A stretch of DNA of 47,716 nucleotides from Candidatus Lloydbacteria bacterium CG22_combo_CG10-13_8_21_14_all_47_15 (GTDB lineage Bacteria > Patescibacteriota > Minisyncoccia > Phycocordibacterales > 21-14-all-47-15). Numbering within the stretch: the stretch's first letter is position 1; each line of letters begins with the position of its first letter. Under the pieces are notes generated by a model. The model saw only the letters and a program-made list of their open reading frames with translations, was not told the origin of the DNA and made no database searches. The DNA lies in contig PCTL01000033.1 in assembly GCA_002771515.1 (NCBI GenBank), forward strand, positions 1-47,716, read 5' to 3'. Of the stretch, positions 26,925-36,153 are shown piece after piece. Made by a program: the position numbers and the translations under genes.

Positions 26925-29165
26925 TCATTCCGCGATTGCTTTCGCCTCGTCAAATTTTATGGAAAGAATTTTTGAGACACCATCGGCACCCATCGTCACT
27001 CCGTAGAGAATACCGGCATGCGCCATAGTGCCGCGATTGTGTGTCACAACAATAAGTTGGGAAGTTCCAGCAAGCGATTCAAGCATATTCCCGTACTTCT
27101 CGGAATTCGCCTCATCAAGCGCCGCATCCGTTTCGTCAAGCACCATAAAGGGCGGTGGATTTACTTCCGCAACAGAGAAAAGGAGTGCGATTGAAGTAAG
27201 CGCTCGCTCACCACCGGAAAGCATCTGTAGTCCGCGAATTTTTTTCTTCGGTAGAGATACATCAATATCAATCCCATCTTCTATCTCCGGCTCATCACCG
27301 GTTATTACCGCAATGTCATCATCTAAAAGTCCGGCGTCAATTCGTCGTCGCTTCATTCTAGTCACTTCACTGAGTCGCGCAGTACCACCGCCAAAAAGCA
27401 TTGCGAACAATTCCTGAAACCGTGCGTTGATTTTTTCTACTCCATCTTTAAATTCCTTGTCCAGCCGTTCCACCAAGTCTGCGATAAGGTCACGGAGCGA
27501 CGCGGATGTTTTTTCAAGATCGGCAAGTTCGCGCTCTAAAAACCGATCGCGCTCTGCCGTATCCTCATATTCTTTGATTATCTCTTCGCCGGAGCCGCCA
27601 CCGTATTCCTCAAGCCGCACCTTAAGTTTCTCAATAGTACGCTTGCGTTCGTATTGTTTATCTCTCGTCTCTGTTTCCGCGGTCTCGGATGAAATTGCGG
27701 CAGATTCGTATTCTGTAGCGGCGCGGCCGGCCGCAATCCCAGCTTCGCCGAGTTCTCGCTTAAAATCATCCTCCTCGCGTAAAAGCATGTCTTCGCGCGC
27801 GGCAAGCGTCTGGAGGATTCCGCGCGTACGCGTCTCTTCCGACATAAGCTCAAAAAGCCGCCGCTCAGCATCGTGTGACGCATCTTTTTTTGCTTCTACC
27901 TCCATACGGAGCGTTGCGGCGCGCGCGCGTAGCGCCTCTTCCTCATTTTCTTTTTCTTGCACCGATTGCGCGAGTTCGTCTTTGGCCGCATTAAGTTTTT
28001 CTTCTTCATCCATATACTCACGACTTGCCGACCCGTCACCTCCGGAACGATAGCGTGCCATAAAATCGGTGATTAGCTCCCGTAACGCGGCAAGCGTTCG
28101 TCGCACAAACGAAATGTCATCGCTTTCTTCAGTCCTAGCAATAAGCGCTTGAATGTCGTCTGAAAACCGACGCACCTCCGGCAACGGCACAACCGATTCA
28201 GACGAAGATGCCGGTCCCGACATCACGCGATATTCAAGCATTCCTTCAAGCCTGCCGAGTTCACGCGAGAGCGCGTCTTTTTCTTCCCGCACGCGATTGA
28301 GGTCCCGTTCAAGAACGACAATTGTATCAATATGTTTACTGCCACCATCTTGCACAGCTTCTTTACGCGCTTTTTCAAGCTCACGCTCTATTCCGGCAAG
28401 ACGCGAGGTCGGTTCTATCTTTTCATCCAATAACGCCTTACGCACGGAAGAAAGATAGAGGAATTCGCGCCCCAGATACTCACGATATTTTTCAACAAGC
28501 TCTGTACGCATCACGCGCGCCTGCTCCACGCGTATTGCCTGCTTTTTCAAAAACTTTAGATGTGGCGACAGCTCACGCCGTAGCAACCCGACTTCCTTGA
28601 TATTCTCATCTGTTTTTGCAAGCTTGCGTTCGCTCTCCGCTTTTTTGTAGTGGTAAATTTTCAAACCGAGCGCGTCCTCTATCATTCCACGCCTATCTGT
28701 TATAGACGCAAGCAAAAAACGGTCCGCCTCACCCTGTGAAATAATATGGTGGCTTGATGCGCCGATATGAACCGCTGATAAAAGCTCAACGATATCCTTT
28801 AATCTGACCAATGAACCGTTCACCGAATATTCGTTGATGCCGTCACGATGCACCACGCGGCGGATCGCCACCTCGTCAAAATCAATGGAGGAGAAAGCGC
28901 GGTCATGATTATCAAACACTGCCGTAACCGAAGCGCGCCCGGCTCGAGGCACCGAGCCAGAGCCGTTCCATATCAAATCCTCACCGCGTTTGCCACGCAT
29001 AGATTTCAGCGATTGTTCTCCCAAAACAAACCGCATCCCTTCTGCAATGTTTGACTTGCCGGCCCCGTTTGGGCCGACAATGACTGATATGGTGGCACCA
29101 AACAAAAGTTCGGTTTTTTTTCCGAACGACTTAAAACCGCTCATTTCAATTTTTTTCAGGCGCAT
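26925..29165 (-). CDS. smc: SMC-family ATPase, short form
   Basis: GPNGAGKSN, ISQGE, LSGGE, LDETDAALD, coiled coil. Confidence 0.9.
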   Translation of the reverse strand: MRLKKIEMSGFKSFGKKTELLFGATISVIVGPNGAGKSNIAEGMRFVLGEQSLKSMRGKRGEDLIWNGSGSVPRAGRASVTAVFDNHDRAFSSIDFDEVAIRRVVHRDGINEYSVNGSLVRLKDIVELLSAVHIGASSHHIISQGEADRFLLASITDRRGMIEDALGLKIYHYKKAESERKLAKTDENIKEVGLLRRELSPHLKFLKKQAIRVEQARVMRTELVEKYREYLGREFLYLSSVRKALLDEKIEPTSRLAGIERELEKARKEAVQDGGSKHIDTIVVLERDLNRVREEKDALSRELGRLEGMLEYRVMSGPASSSESVVPLPEVRRFSDDIQALIARTEESDDISFVRRTLAALRELITDFMARYRSGGDGSASREYMDEEEKLNAAKDELAQSVQEKENEEEALRARAATLRMEVEAKKDASHDAERRLFELMSEETRTRGILQTLAAREDMLLREEDDFKRELGEAGIAAGRAATEYESAAISSETAETETRDKQYERKRTIEKLKVRLEEYGGGSGEEIIKEYEDTAERDRFLERELADLEKTSASLRDLIADLVERLDKEFKDGVEKINARFQELFAMLFGGGTARLSEVTRMKRRRIDAGLLDDDIAVITGDEPEIEDGIDIDVSLPKKKIRGLQMLSGGERALTSIALLFSVAEVNPPPFMVLDETDAALDEANSEKYGNMLESLAGTSQLIVVTHNRGTMAHAGILYGVTMGADGVSKILSIKFDEAKAIAE

Positions 29166-29274
29166 GTGATTGTAGTATACCGTATCCGGTTTTCCGGAGT
29201 AAGTGAAAAAAACAAAGGCCGTCCATTTGTTTGTGTCCGTCTCTTTGTTTGTACTGCCATTACTATATACAACA

Positions 29275-29970
29275 CTACCTCCACCCTTTTACTTGAATAG
29301 CGGCAGAAGCTGCGTTTTGCTCGGCTTCCTGTTTTGATTTTCCATCGCCTTCAGCCGCCAGTACATCACCCAAAAAAACGCCTATGGTAAACTGTTTATC
29401 ATGGTCCGGGCCTTCTTCTTTGAGTACGCGATATTCCGGGGTGATGGATACATGCTCCTGCGCCTGCTCCTGAAAATAGCTTTTTGAATCCCTCCACAAA
29501 CGCTGTGCGACTATATCATCGGTCAGCGGAAAAATAGTGCGCGCAATAAAATCTTTTACCACGCCGTATCCCTGATCAAGATAGAGCGCACCAACAAACG
29601 CTTCATATGTATTCGCGAGAATATATTGCCGTGCTTTGCCGGTGTCTTTCGCCTCGCCGCGAGAAAGGAGTAAAAAATCGTTCATACCAAGCCCCAGAGC
29701 CACATCGGCAAGTGTATTAGTATTCACAAGCGCCGCACGATACGATGTAAGTTCACCTTCCGGCTTGTCTGGATATTTTGCAAAAAGATACTCCGTAACC
29801 GCAAGCTCAAGCACAGCATCGCCTAAAAACTCGAGCCGCTCGTTGTGCTCAAGTTTTTCATCGCGATGCTCATTGATATATGAGCGGTGAGTGAACGCCT
29901 GTTTCAGAAGTAAGTGATTGCGGAACGCGACATTGACGCTTTTTTCAAATTTTCCAAAATCTTTTTTCAT
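29275..29970 (-). CDS. rnc: Ribonuclease III
   Basis: NERLEFLGDAVL plus dsRBD. Confidence 0.97.
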   Translation of the reverse strand: MKKDFGKFEKSVNVAFRNHLLLKQAFTHRSYINEHRDEKLEHNERLEFLGDAVLELAVTEYLFAKYPDKPEGELTSYRAALVNTNTLADVALGLGMNDFLLLSRGEAKDTGKARQYILANTYEAFVGALYLDQGYGVVKDFIARTIFPLTDDIVAQRLWRDSKSYFQEQAQEHVSITPEYRVLKEEGPDHDKQFTIGVFLGDVLAAEGDGKSKQEAEQNAASAAIQVKGWR

Positions 29971-29978
29971 TATTGTTA

Positions 29979-30881
29979 TTATTTTTTCTGAATCATCCTA
30001 ACGCCCTTGGTGATAATCGGCAGTATATCATCATACATCTTAAGCTCCGGCAACTCGCTCAACGAAAACCAGCGCACATCGTCCAAACCACCGCCGGTTT
30101 TTTCAAGTTTTACCGGCACATGCGGCGCTTCTGCTAGAAAATATGTAACCTGTTTCCTAAGCTTTCCTTCTTCCGGGTCAGATGCCACATATTCGTTTGA
30201 ACCGATTTTTTTCCTGATATCTATATCAAGCGATGTTTCCTCTTTTACTTCGCGTTTAGTTCCTTCCTCAACCGTCTCCCCTGCTTCAATGTGCCCCTTT
30301 GAGAGGGTCCAGTAACCGAACACATCGTGTACGAACGCGAGAAAAACCTCGCCTCCATGAATGCTATATACTACGGCGCCGCCCAGCGTATGCACCGGCA
30401 GTTTAGAGAGATCCACCGGTTCTGTATTCTTTTTCTTTTTGGATTCTTCGTCTTTGCCCGGTTCGCCAATCTCCTTGTACACTGCGCCTAAAACGCCGTT
30501 CACAAATTTACCGCTCGTATCGCCGCCAAACGACTTTGCGAGCTCTATCGCTTCGTTGATGGCGACTTTCGGCGGCACTTCTTTCCTGTCGCCAAAAAGG
30601 AGCTCATAGAGCCCGATACGGAGAATATTCCTATCAACAATAGAGATTTTATCAATTGGCCATTCAGGCGCCGCTTTTTCAATAATCGTATCCAGATCGG
30701 CGCGCTTGGCAAACACGCCACCAACCAGCTCTTCCATAAATACCGCGTCGCCGGAGCCGGGCGCGAATTCAGCAATATCTCGCGCAAGAATCGCCGAGGT
30801 ATCCGACTCTGCCAGATTTCGGAAATCCCACTCAAAGAGTGTTTGCATTACGATACTTCTTGAAAGGTGCCTGTTTGCCAT
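29979..30881 (-). CDS. nusB: Transcription antitermination factor NusB fused to a NUDIX domain
   Basis: DRNILRIG, VAINEAIELAK.FG, FVNGVL, then KGHIEAGETVEEGTKREVKEET (Nudix box). Confidence 0.92.
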   Translation of the reverse strand: MANRHLSRSIVMQTLFEWDFRNLAESDTSAILARDIAEFAPGSGDAVFMEELVGGVFAKRADLDTIIEKAAPEWPIDKISIVDRNILRIGLYELLFGDRKEVPPKVAINEAIELAKSFGGDTSGKFVNGVLGAVYKEIGEPGKDEESKKKKNTEPVDLSKLPVHTLGGAVVYSIHGGEVFLAFVHDVFGYWTLSKGHIEAGETVEEGTKREVKEETSLDIDIRKKIGSNEYVASDPEEGKLRKQVTYFLAEAPHVPVKLEKTGGGLDDVRWFSLSELPELKMYDDILPIITKGVRMIQKK

Positions 30882-30987
30882 GTCACAAACTTAGAAAGTT
30901 GAGAGTGGAAAGCCGTTTATAACCACATTCTACTCTCAATCTTCTAACATCCAAAATATCACAACTAAACGGAAATATATGTTGCCA

Positions 30988-31296
30988 TTATTTCTTATTT
31001 GACAAATCTACCGCATCAAGCGATTGTGACGCTTCTTTTGCCGCCTTCTCCCGAGCTTTATCCGGCTCTTCACCGAGCGTCTTCAGTTTCTCAACCCGCC
31101 TCTTCTGGCGCTCCGCGCGCTTCCCTTTCACATCAAGCACGGCGCGCCCGCGATATGAGCCACATTCCGAGCACATACGATGCCGTAATTTATCCGCGCT
31201 GCACTCCTCGCATTTTGAAAGCCGCGGGAGCACAAGCGCGTGATGCGACCGGCGATGTGCCGTCTTTGAGCGGGTTGTTCTCATTCGTACCGTCAT
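30988..31296 (-). CDS. rpmF: 50S ribosomal protein L32 with C-terminal extension
   Basis: RRSHHAL, CEEC...HRMCSECGSYRG. Confidence 0.93.
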   Translation of the reverse strand: MTVRMRTTRSKTAHRRSHHALVLPRLSKCEECSADKLRHRMCSECGSYRGRAVLDVKGKRAERQKRRVEKLKTLGEEPDKAREKAAKEASQSLDAVDLSNKK

Positions 31297-31383
31297 AGTT
31301 GAATTATCGTACCGTATTTTTCAAAAAGATGCAAGCCATTTGACAAAGACCGAACAAAATAACATCGTGTGCCACAATAAAAA

Positions 31384-31413
31384 AACCGCTCTTTCAATAC
31401 TGAAAGAGCGGTT
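31384..31413 (-). terminator. Terminator after the NUDIX gene
   Basis: 13-bp stem aaccgctctttca/tgaaagagcggtt followed by a T-run. Confidence 0.8.
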
Positions 31414-31436
31414 ATTAACCTTAGGCGTATCGCGCT

Positions 31437-32078
31437 TTACGCAGCCTCAATCTCCACGAGCTCTTCCGCATATCGCATAAAAAAATCGGGATCTTTTAGC
31501 GCGCGCTGACGCAACAGACCTTTTATACGGTTATCAGGCGCAATGAGTCCGCTCATAACTGCCGCAACGAGATGCGCCATACACTCTTCTGCTTTAATGT
31601 ACGCCGCCAATCGTTCTTTGGCATACCTAAACGCAGTTTGATGCATCCCAAACAAGTTTTTTTCAAGCCATTCAACATCGCCAGACCATTCCGGCTTCCC
31701 TGTTTCCGCATCATACGCATCTTGACGAAGCTCTCTCTTCGGCGCAGTAATCAGAAAAAACAATTTTACATGCATACGGCAGTCTTCCAACACACCATAG
31801 ATGTATTCAGCTTCTTCAGGTTTAATTTCCACACCAAGCTCTTCTTCAAGTTCACGCCGAATTGTATTCACCGGAGATTCGCCCTTTTTCCACATGCCAC
31901 CGGCAAGTTTGACCTGATACATTCCAGTGCCATTCATTTTATACGGCACCCATGCATATTGGATTCTGTTTTCATGCATACGCCAAACGACACCGGCGCA
32001 AAAACAAGAAACCGAATCCGGCACAGGCCTGTACACCGGCAAAGGAGGAATAGGACTCCCACTCTCTCTCTTTTTCAT
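31437..32078 (-). CDS. NUDIX hydrolase domain protein
   Basis: GGMWKKGESPVNTIRRELEEELGV Nudix box; SD GGAGGG. Confidence 0.85.
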   Translation of the reverse strand: MKKRESGSPIPPLPVYRPVPDSVSCFCAGVVWRMHENRIQYAWVPYKMNGTGMYQVKLAGGMWKKGESPVNTIRRELEEELGVEIKPEEAEYIYGVLEDCRMHVKLFFLITAPKRELRQDAYDAETGKPEWSGDVEWLEKNLFGMHQTAFRYAKERLAAYIKAEECMAHLVAAVMSGLIAPDNRIKGLLRQRALKDPDFFMRYAEELVEIEAA

Positions 32079-32100
32079 CTGTCAGCCCTCCAAAATATTG

Positions 32101-32150
32101 GGATACTTTCAGGATACTTTCTCTATCTATATCTACTCTATCTATATCTA
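32101..32150. repeat. Two adjacent short tandem duplications
   Basis: ggatactttc(a) x2 at 32101-32121 and ctctatctatatcta x2 at 32121-32150. Confidence 0.85.
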
Positions 32151-32175
32151 TTTATTAAGAACTATCTATGTTTTT

Positions 32176-32204
32176 ATTTTAGCAATTTTATTTCCTTTTG
32201 TCAA
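32176..32204 (-). promoter_or_regulatory. Promoter for the NUDIX gene, overlapping the rnhB 3' end
   Basis: TTGACA, 17 bp, TAAAAT with TG extension. Confidence 0.7.
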
Positions 32205-32796
32205 ACTTCTTCAAAAAACGCCTGCGATGGATATCGCAAAGGCCATACTTTCTAATAGCCGCGTAATGCGCCGGCACACCATAGCCTTTATGCTGTTCAA
32301 AGCCATACTCCGGATACTTACGCGCGAGCTCTATCATCCGCTTATCACGCTTCACCTTCGCCACCACCGATGCAAGTGAGATAATAGGCACCATCTCGTC
32401 TCCGCGGATAATCGTCTCCTGCAGATAATCTGCTGGCGCATATAGCGATCCATCAAGCATTACATGAGCGTCCCGTGCCGCAATACCTAGGCGACGAAGC
32501 ACCGATGCTACGCCACGGCGTAACACACTTGTCAGTCCATAACGGTCAATGCCTGACGGCATGATAAAAGATACCGAGTACATGAGGTTGCCCGCCTGTT
32601 TCTCGGCGCGGAGCGCGGCATAAAAAAAATCGCGTTTATGCATTGAAAGTTGTTTTGAATCACGGACGCCGGCAAAAAATTTTCTGTGGTCATACACTTG
32701 CCGCCACGCCACCGCGGCGACCGTAAGCGGTCCGGCGAGCGGCCCTCGCCCCGCTTCGTCTATACCGACAATATATTTCACTTTCCTGTTTGTCAT
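32188..32796 (-). CDS. rnhB: Ribonuclease HII
   Basis: GIDEAGRGPLAGP, DSKQL, ASVVAKVKRD, HKGYG. Confidence 0.95.
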   Translation of the reverse strand: MTNRKVKYIVGIDEAGRGPLAGPLTVAAVAWRQVYDHRKFFAGVRDSKQLSMHKRDFFYAALRAEKQAGNLMYSVSFIMPSGIDRYGLTSVLRRGVASVLRRLGIAARDAHVMLDGSLYAPADYLQETIIRGDEMVPIISLASVVAKVKRDKRMIELARKYPEYGFEQHKGYGVPAHYAAIRKYGLCDIHRRRFLKKFDKRK

Positions 32797-32862
32797 TCGT
32801 CTGGTACAACGCTTCATAACGCTTCTCTGTATCAGTTTGATACGATATACTATACCACGACT

Positions 32863-35800
32863 ATGGCGTCCCGTTTTATACACCTCCACACTCATTCGCA
32901 TTATTCACTCCTTCAGGCACTCCCGAAGATTCCTGACATCGTAGCGCGCGCCAAACGGGAGAATATGGACGCTATCGCGCTGACCGACCTTGGTAACCTC
33001 TACGGAGCAATTGAATTTTATAAAAAATGCAGAAAAGAGGGCATAAAGCCAATTATCGGCGTTGACGCATTCGTCGCCGTACGCAGCAGACACGACAAGG
33101 AGGCCGGCATGGATAATCGCAGGTACAATATCGTACTTCTCGCCGAGACAAATAGAGGGTATAAAAATCTAATCAAGCTTGTGACTCTCTCACACCTTGA
33201 GGGGTATTACTACAAACCGCGCGTAGACAAAGAACTCTTGCGTGAATACCACGACGGGCTCATTTGCCTCTCCGGCACCTTTGGCGGAGAAATCGCGCGC
33301 GCGCTTCGGAATAATGACCGACAAAAAGCCGAGGGCATCGCGCGCGAGTATGAAGATATATTCGGAAAGGAAAATTATTTTTTGGAAACGATTCACCATC
33401 CAGAGATTGACGGGCATACGGAGGTACAGGAAAAAATCGCTGAACTCTCACGAAAGACCGGCATTCCGCTCGTCGCCACACAGGATTTCTATTACCTAGA
33501 CCCTGAAGACAAAAAAGCGCGCGATACGCTGGTTGCTATCCAGACGAGCCGCGACCTTGCCGACATGAACACCGGCGACACAGACCTATCATTCATCAGC
33601 GGAACGCAGGCTGAAGAATATTTTGGCGATCTGCCGGATGCGATTGAAAACACACGGAGGATTGCCGATCGATGCACCGTTGAACTCTCGCTTGGCACAT
33701 GGACATTTCCAGATTTAAAAATCGGCGCGAACACAAACTATGACGACGAATTGAAGCGGTTGGCATACAGCGGATTCAACGAGCGAGACATTCCAAAAAC
33801 AAAAGATGCGGTGGAACGAGTGTATTACGAACTCAAGGTTATCCGTGAAAAAGGATTTTCACCATATTTTTTGGTTGTAGCAGACCTTCTACACTACGCG
33901 CGCGAACATGGCATATTCACAAGCGTCCGCGGCTCGGTGGCCGGCTCACTCGTCACATATTTAACCGGCATCACTCATGTGAATCCACTTGAGTATAATC
34001 TACCGTTTGAACGATTCCTAAACCCGGAACGACCGTCCGCGCCAGATATTGATATGGACTTTGCCGACAACCGTCGCGACGAGATGCTCGCCTACGCGCG
34101 CGAGAAATACGGCGAGGATAAAGTGGCACAGATTGGCACATTCGGCACAATGCTTGCGCGCGGGTCAGTCCGCGATGTGGCGCGTTCGCTCGGCTATGAA
34201 TACTCTATCGGTGACAAAATCGCACGGCTTATTCCCATGGGTTCACAGGGCTTCCCGATGACAATTGACCGCGCGATGGAGCTTGCGCCGGAACTTGCTG
34301 AAATGTATACGAGCGACAAAGATGCCAAAGAAATTATTGATCTCGCAAAAAAGATTGAAGGATGCGCCAGACATATTTCAGTACATGCAGCCGGCGTCGT
34401 CATAAGTCCGACAGATCTCACCGATTTCGTACCGGTGCAGACAGACCCGAAGGGCGGCAAAAAAATCACCCAATATGACATGCACGCGGTGGAAGACGCA
34501 GGACTCCTAAAGTTTGACTTTTTAGGCATCAGAAATCTGGCAATACTCGCAGACGCAGTTCGCCTCGCAAAAATATACCACGGGGTTGATATTGAGATTG
34601 AACATATACGGATGGACGACAAAAAAACATTTGAAATGCTTGCACGGGGTGAGACCATGGGACTCTTTCAGTTAAATGGCGCCGGCATGACCCGATACCT
34701 TAAAGAACTGCGCCCGACAACAATCCATGACATAAACGCAATGGTGGCGCTCTATCGCCCCGGACCTATGGATGTCATTCCTGAATATATACGCCGAAAA
34801 CATGACTCCGCGCGTATTTCGTATCCAGACCCAAGAATGAAAAAGTATCTTGATAAATCGTATGGGTTGATCGTCTATCAGGACGACCTGCTCTTTTCTG
34901 CCATTGAACTGGCCGGATATTCGTGGCTTGAGGCGGACAAATTCCGAAAAGCGGTGGGGAAGAAAATCCCCGCCGAAATGGCCGCGCAGAAAGAAAAACT
35001 TATCCGTGGCATTATCAAAAACGGGCAAACGAAAGAATTCGCGGAACGACTCTGGCAATTATTTGAGCCGTTCCAGGCATACGGTTTCAACAAGGCGCAC
35101 GCGGCAAGCTATGGGCGCATCGCATACCAAACCGCCTATATGAAGTCAAATTTTCCAACCGAATATATGACGGCGGTCCTCACTGCTGATTCGGGCGATG
35201 TTGAAAAAGTGGCTGAAATAATCGCAGAGTGCGTGCGTATGGGGATTCCCGTGCTTCCACCGGATATTAACGAAAGCTTCGGTGATTTTACTGTAATCAA
35301 AGACGGTGTACGCGGCAAAGACCAAATACGCTTTGGTCTCTATACGGTCAAAAATCTGGGCTACGATATTGCAGATGCGATTATCACGGAGCGTAAGCGT
35401 GGCGGGAAATTCACTTCATATTCTGATTTTCTAGACCGTGTGAAGCATAAAAATTTGAATAAAAAATCTCTAGAGTCACTCATAAAATGCGGGGCGATGG
35501 ATACGCTAGGCGAACGGGGTATATTTCTTTTCAATATTGAGCTCGCGCTTGAATACAACCACGCGGCATCACAAACCGCAGCAAATCAGGAGTCACTCTT
35601 CGGCCTCCTCGCGGACGGCGCACACATTCCAAACATCACATTAAAAAACGCGCCGCATGCCGAACCGGATGAAAAATTAAAATGGGAGAAAGAATTGCTT
35701 GGATTATACATTTCAGGACACCCGCTTGATAAACACCGAGAAAAACTGGAAAAAACAAAAGCAAATATTGAACGAGCTACGACTGATTTCAAACCCGGCA

Positions 35801-36042
35801 TGGAAGTAACTGTCGGGGGACTCATAGAAGACACCCGTATCGTGATTACCAAAAAAGGCGACCGTATGGCATTCTTGCGCCTTGCGGACTTCACAGGCAC
35901 GATTGAAGTCGTTGTTTTTTCACGCGTCTTTGCCGAGCATCGTGAAAAGATAGAACCCGAAAAATGCATCGCGCTACGAGGCCGCCTCTCCGACCGAAAC
36001 GACGAACTCTCAATTATCGCGGAAGAAATAAAGGAACTGTAA
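32863..36042 (+). CDS. dnaE: DNA polymerase III alpha subunit
   Basis: PHP domain HLHTHSHYSLL, PDIDMDF, KFDFLG, YGFNKAHA. Confidence 0.98.
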   Translation: MASRFIHLHTHSHYSLLQALPKIPDIVARAKRENMDAIALTDLGNLYGAIEFYKKCRKEGIKPIIGVDAFVAVRSRHDKEAGMDNRRYNIVLLAETNRGYKNLIKLVTLSHLEGYYYKPRVDKELLREYHDGLICLSGTFGGEIARALRNNDRQKAEGIAREYEDIFGKENYFLETIHHPEIDGHTEVQEKIAELSRKTGIPLVATQDFYYLDPEDKKARDTLVAIQTSRDLADMNTGDTDLSFISGTQAEEYFGDLPDAIENTRRIADRCTVELSLGTWTFPDLKIGANTNYDDELKRLAYSGFNERDIPKTKDAVERVYYELKVIREKGFSPYFLVVADLLHYAREHGIFTSVRGSVAGSLVTYLTGITHVNPLEYNLPFERFLNPERPSAPDIDMDFADNRRDEMLAYAREKYGEDKVAQIGTFGTMLARGSVRDVARSLGYEYSIGDKIARLIPMGSQGFPMTIDRAMELAPELAEMYTSDKDAKEIIDLAKKIEGCARHISVHAAGVVISPTDLTDFVPVQTDPKGGKKITQYDMHAVEDAGLLKFDFLGIRNLAILADAVRLAKIYHGVDIEIEHIRMDDKKTFEMLARGETMGLFQLNGAGMTRYLKELRPTTIHDINAMVALYRPGPMDVIPEYIRRKHDSARISYPDPRMKKYLDKSYGLIVYQDDLLFSAIELAGYSWLEADKFRKAVGKKIPAEMAAQKEKLIRGIIKNGQTKEFAERLWQLFEPFQAYGFNKAHAASYGRIAYQTAYMKSNFPTEYMTAVLTADSGDVEKVAEIIAECVRMGIPVLPPDINESFGDFTVIKDGVRGKDQIRFGLYTVKNLGYDIADAIITERKRGGKFTSYSDFLDRVKHKNLNKKSLESLIKCGAMDTLGERGIFLFNIELALEYNHAASQTAANQESLFGLLADGAHIPNITLKNAPHAEPDEKLKWEKELLGLYISGHPLDKHREKLEKTKANIERATTDFKPGMEVTVGGLIEDTRIVITKKGDRMAFLRLADFTGTIEVVVFSRVFAEHREKIEPEKCIALRGRLSDRNDELSIIAEEIKEL

Positions 36043-36153
36043 TACTCCTTTATTTTCCATTGACGCGTATCCGTGTGCTTTCCAAAAATATTGGAGGGAC
36101 GCGCGATTTGGACGATGCCTAGAAATTTCCATAGAAAATGCTATTATTTCCAT

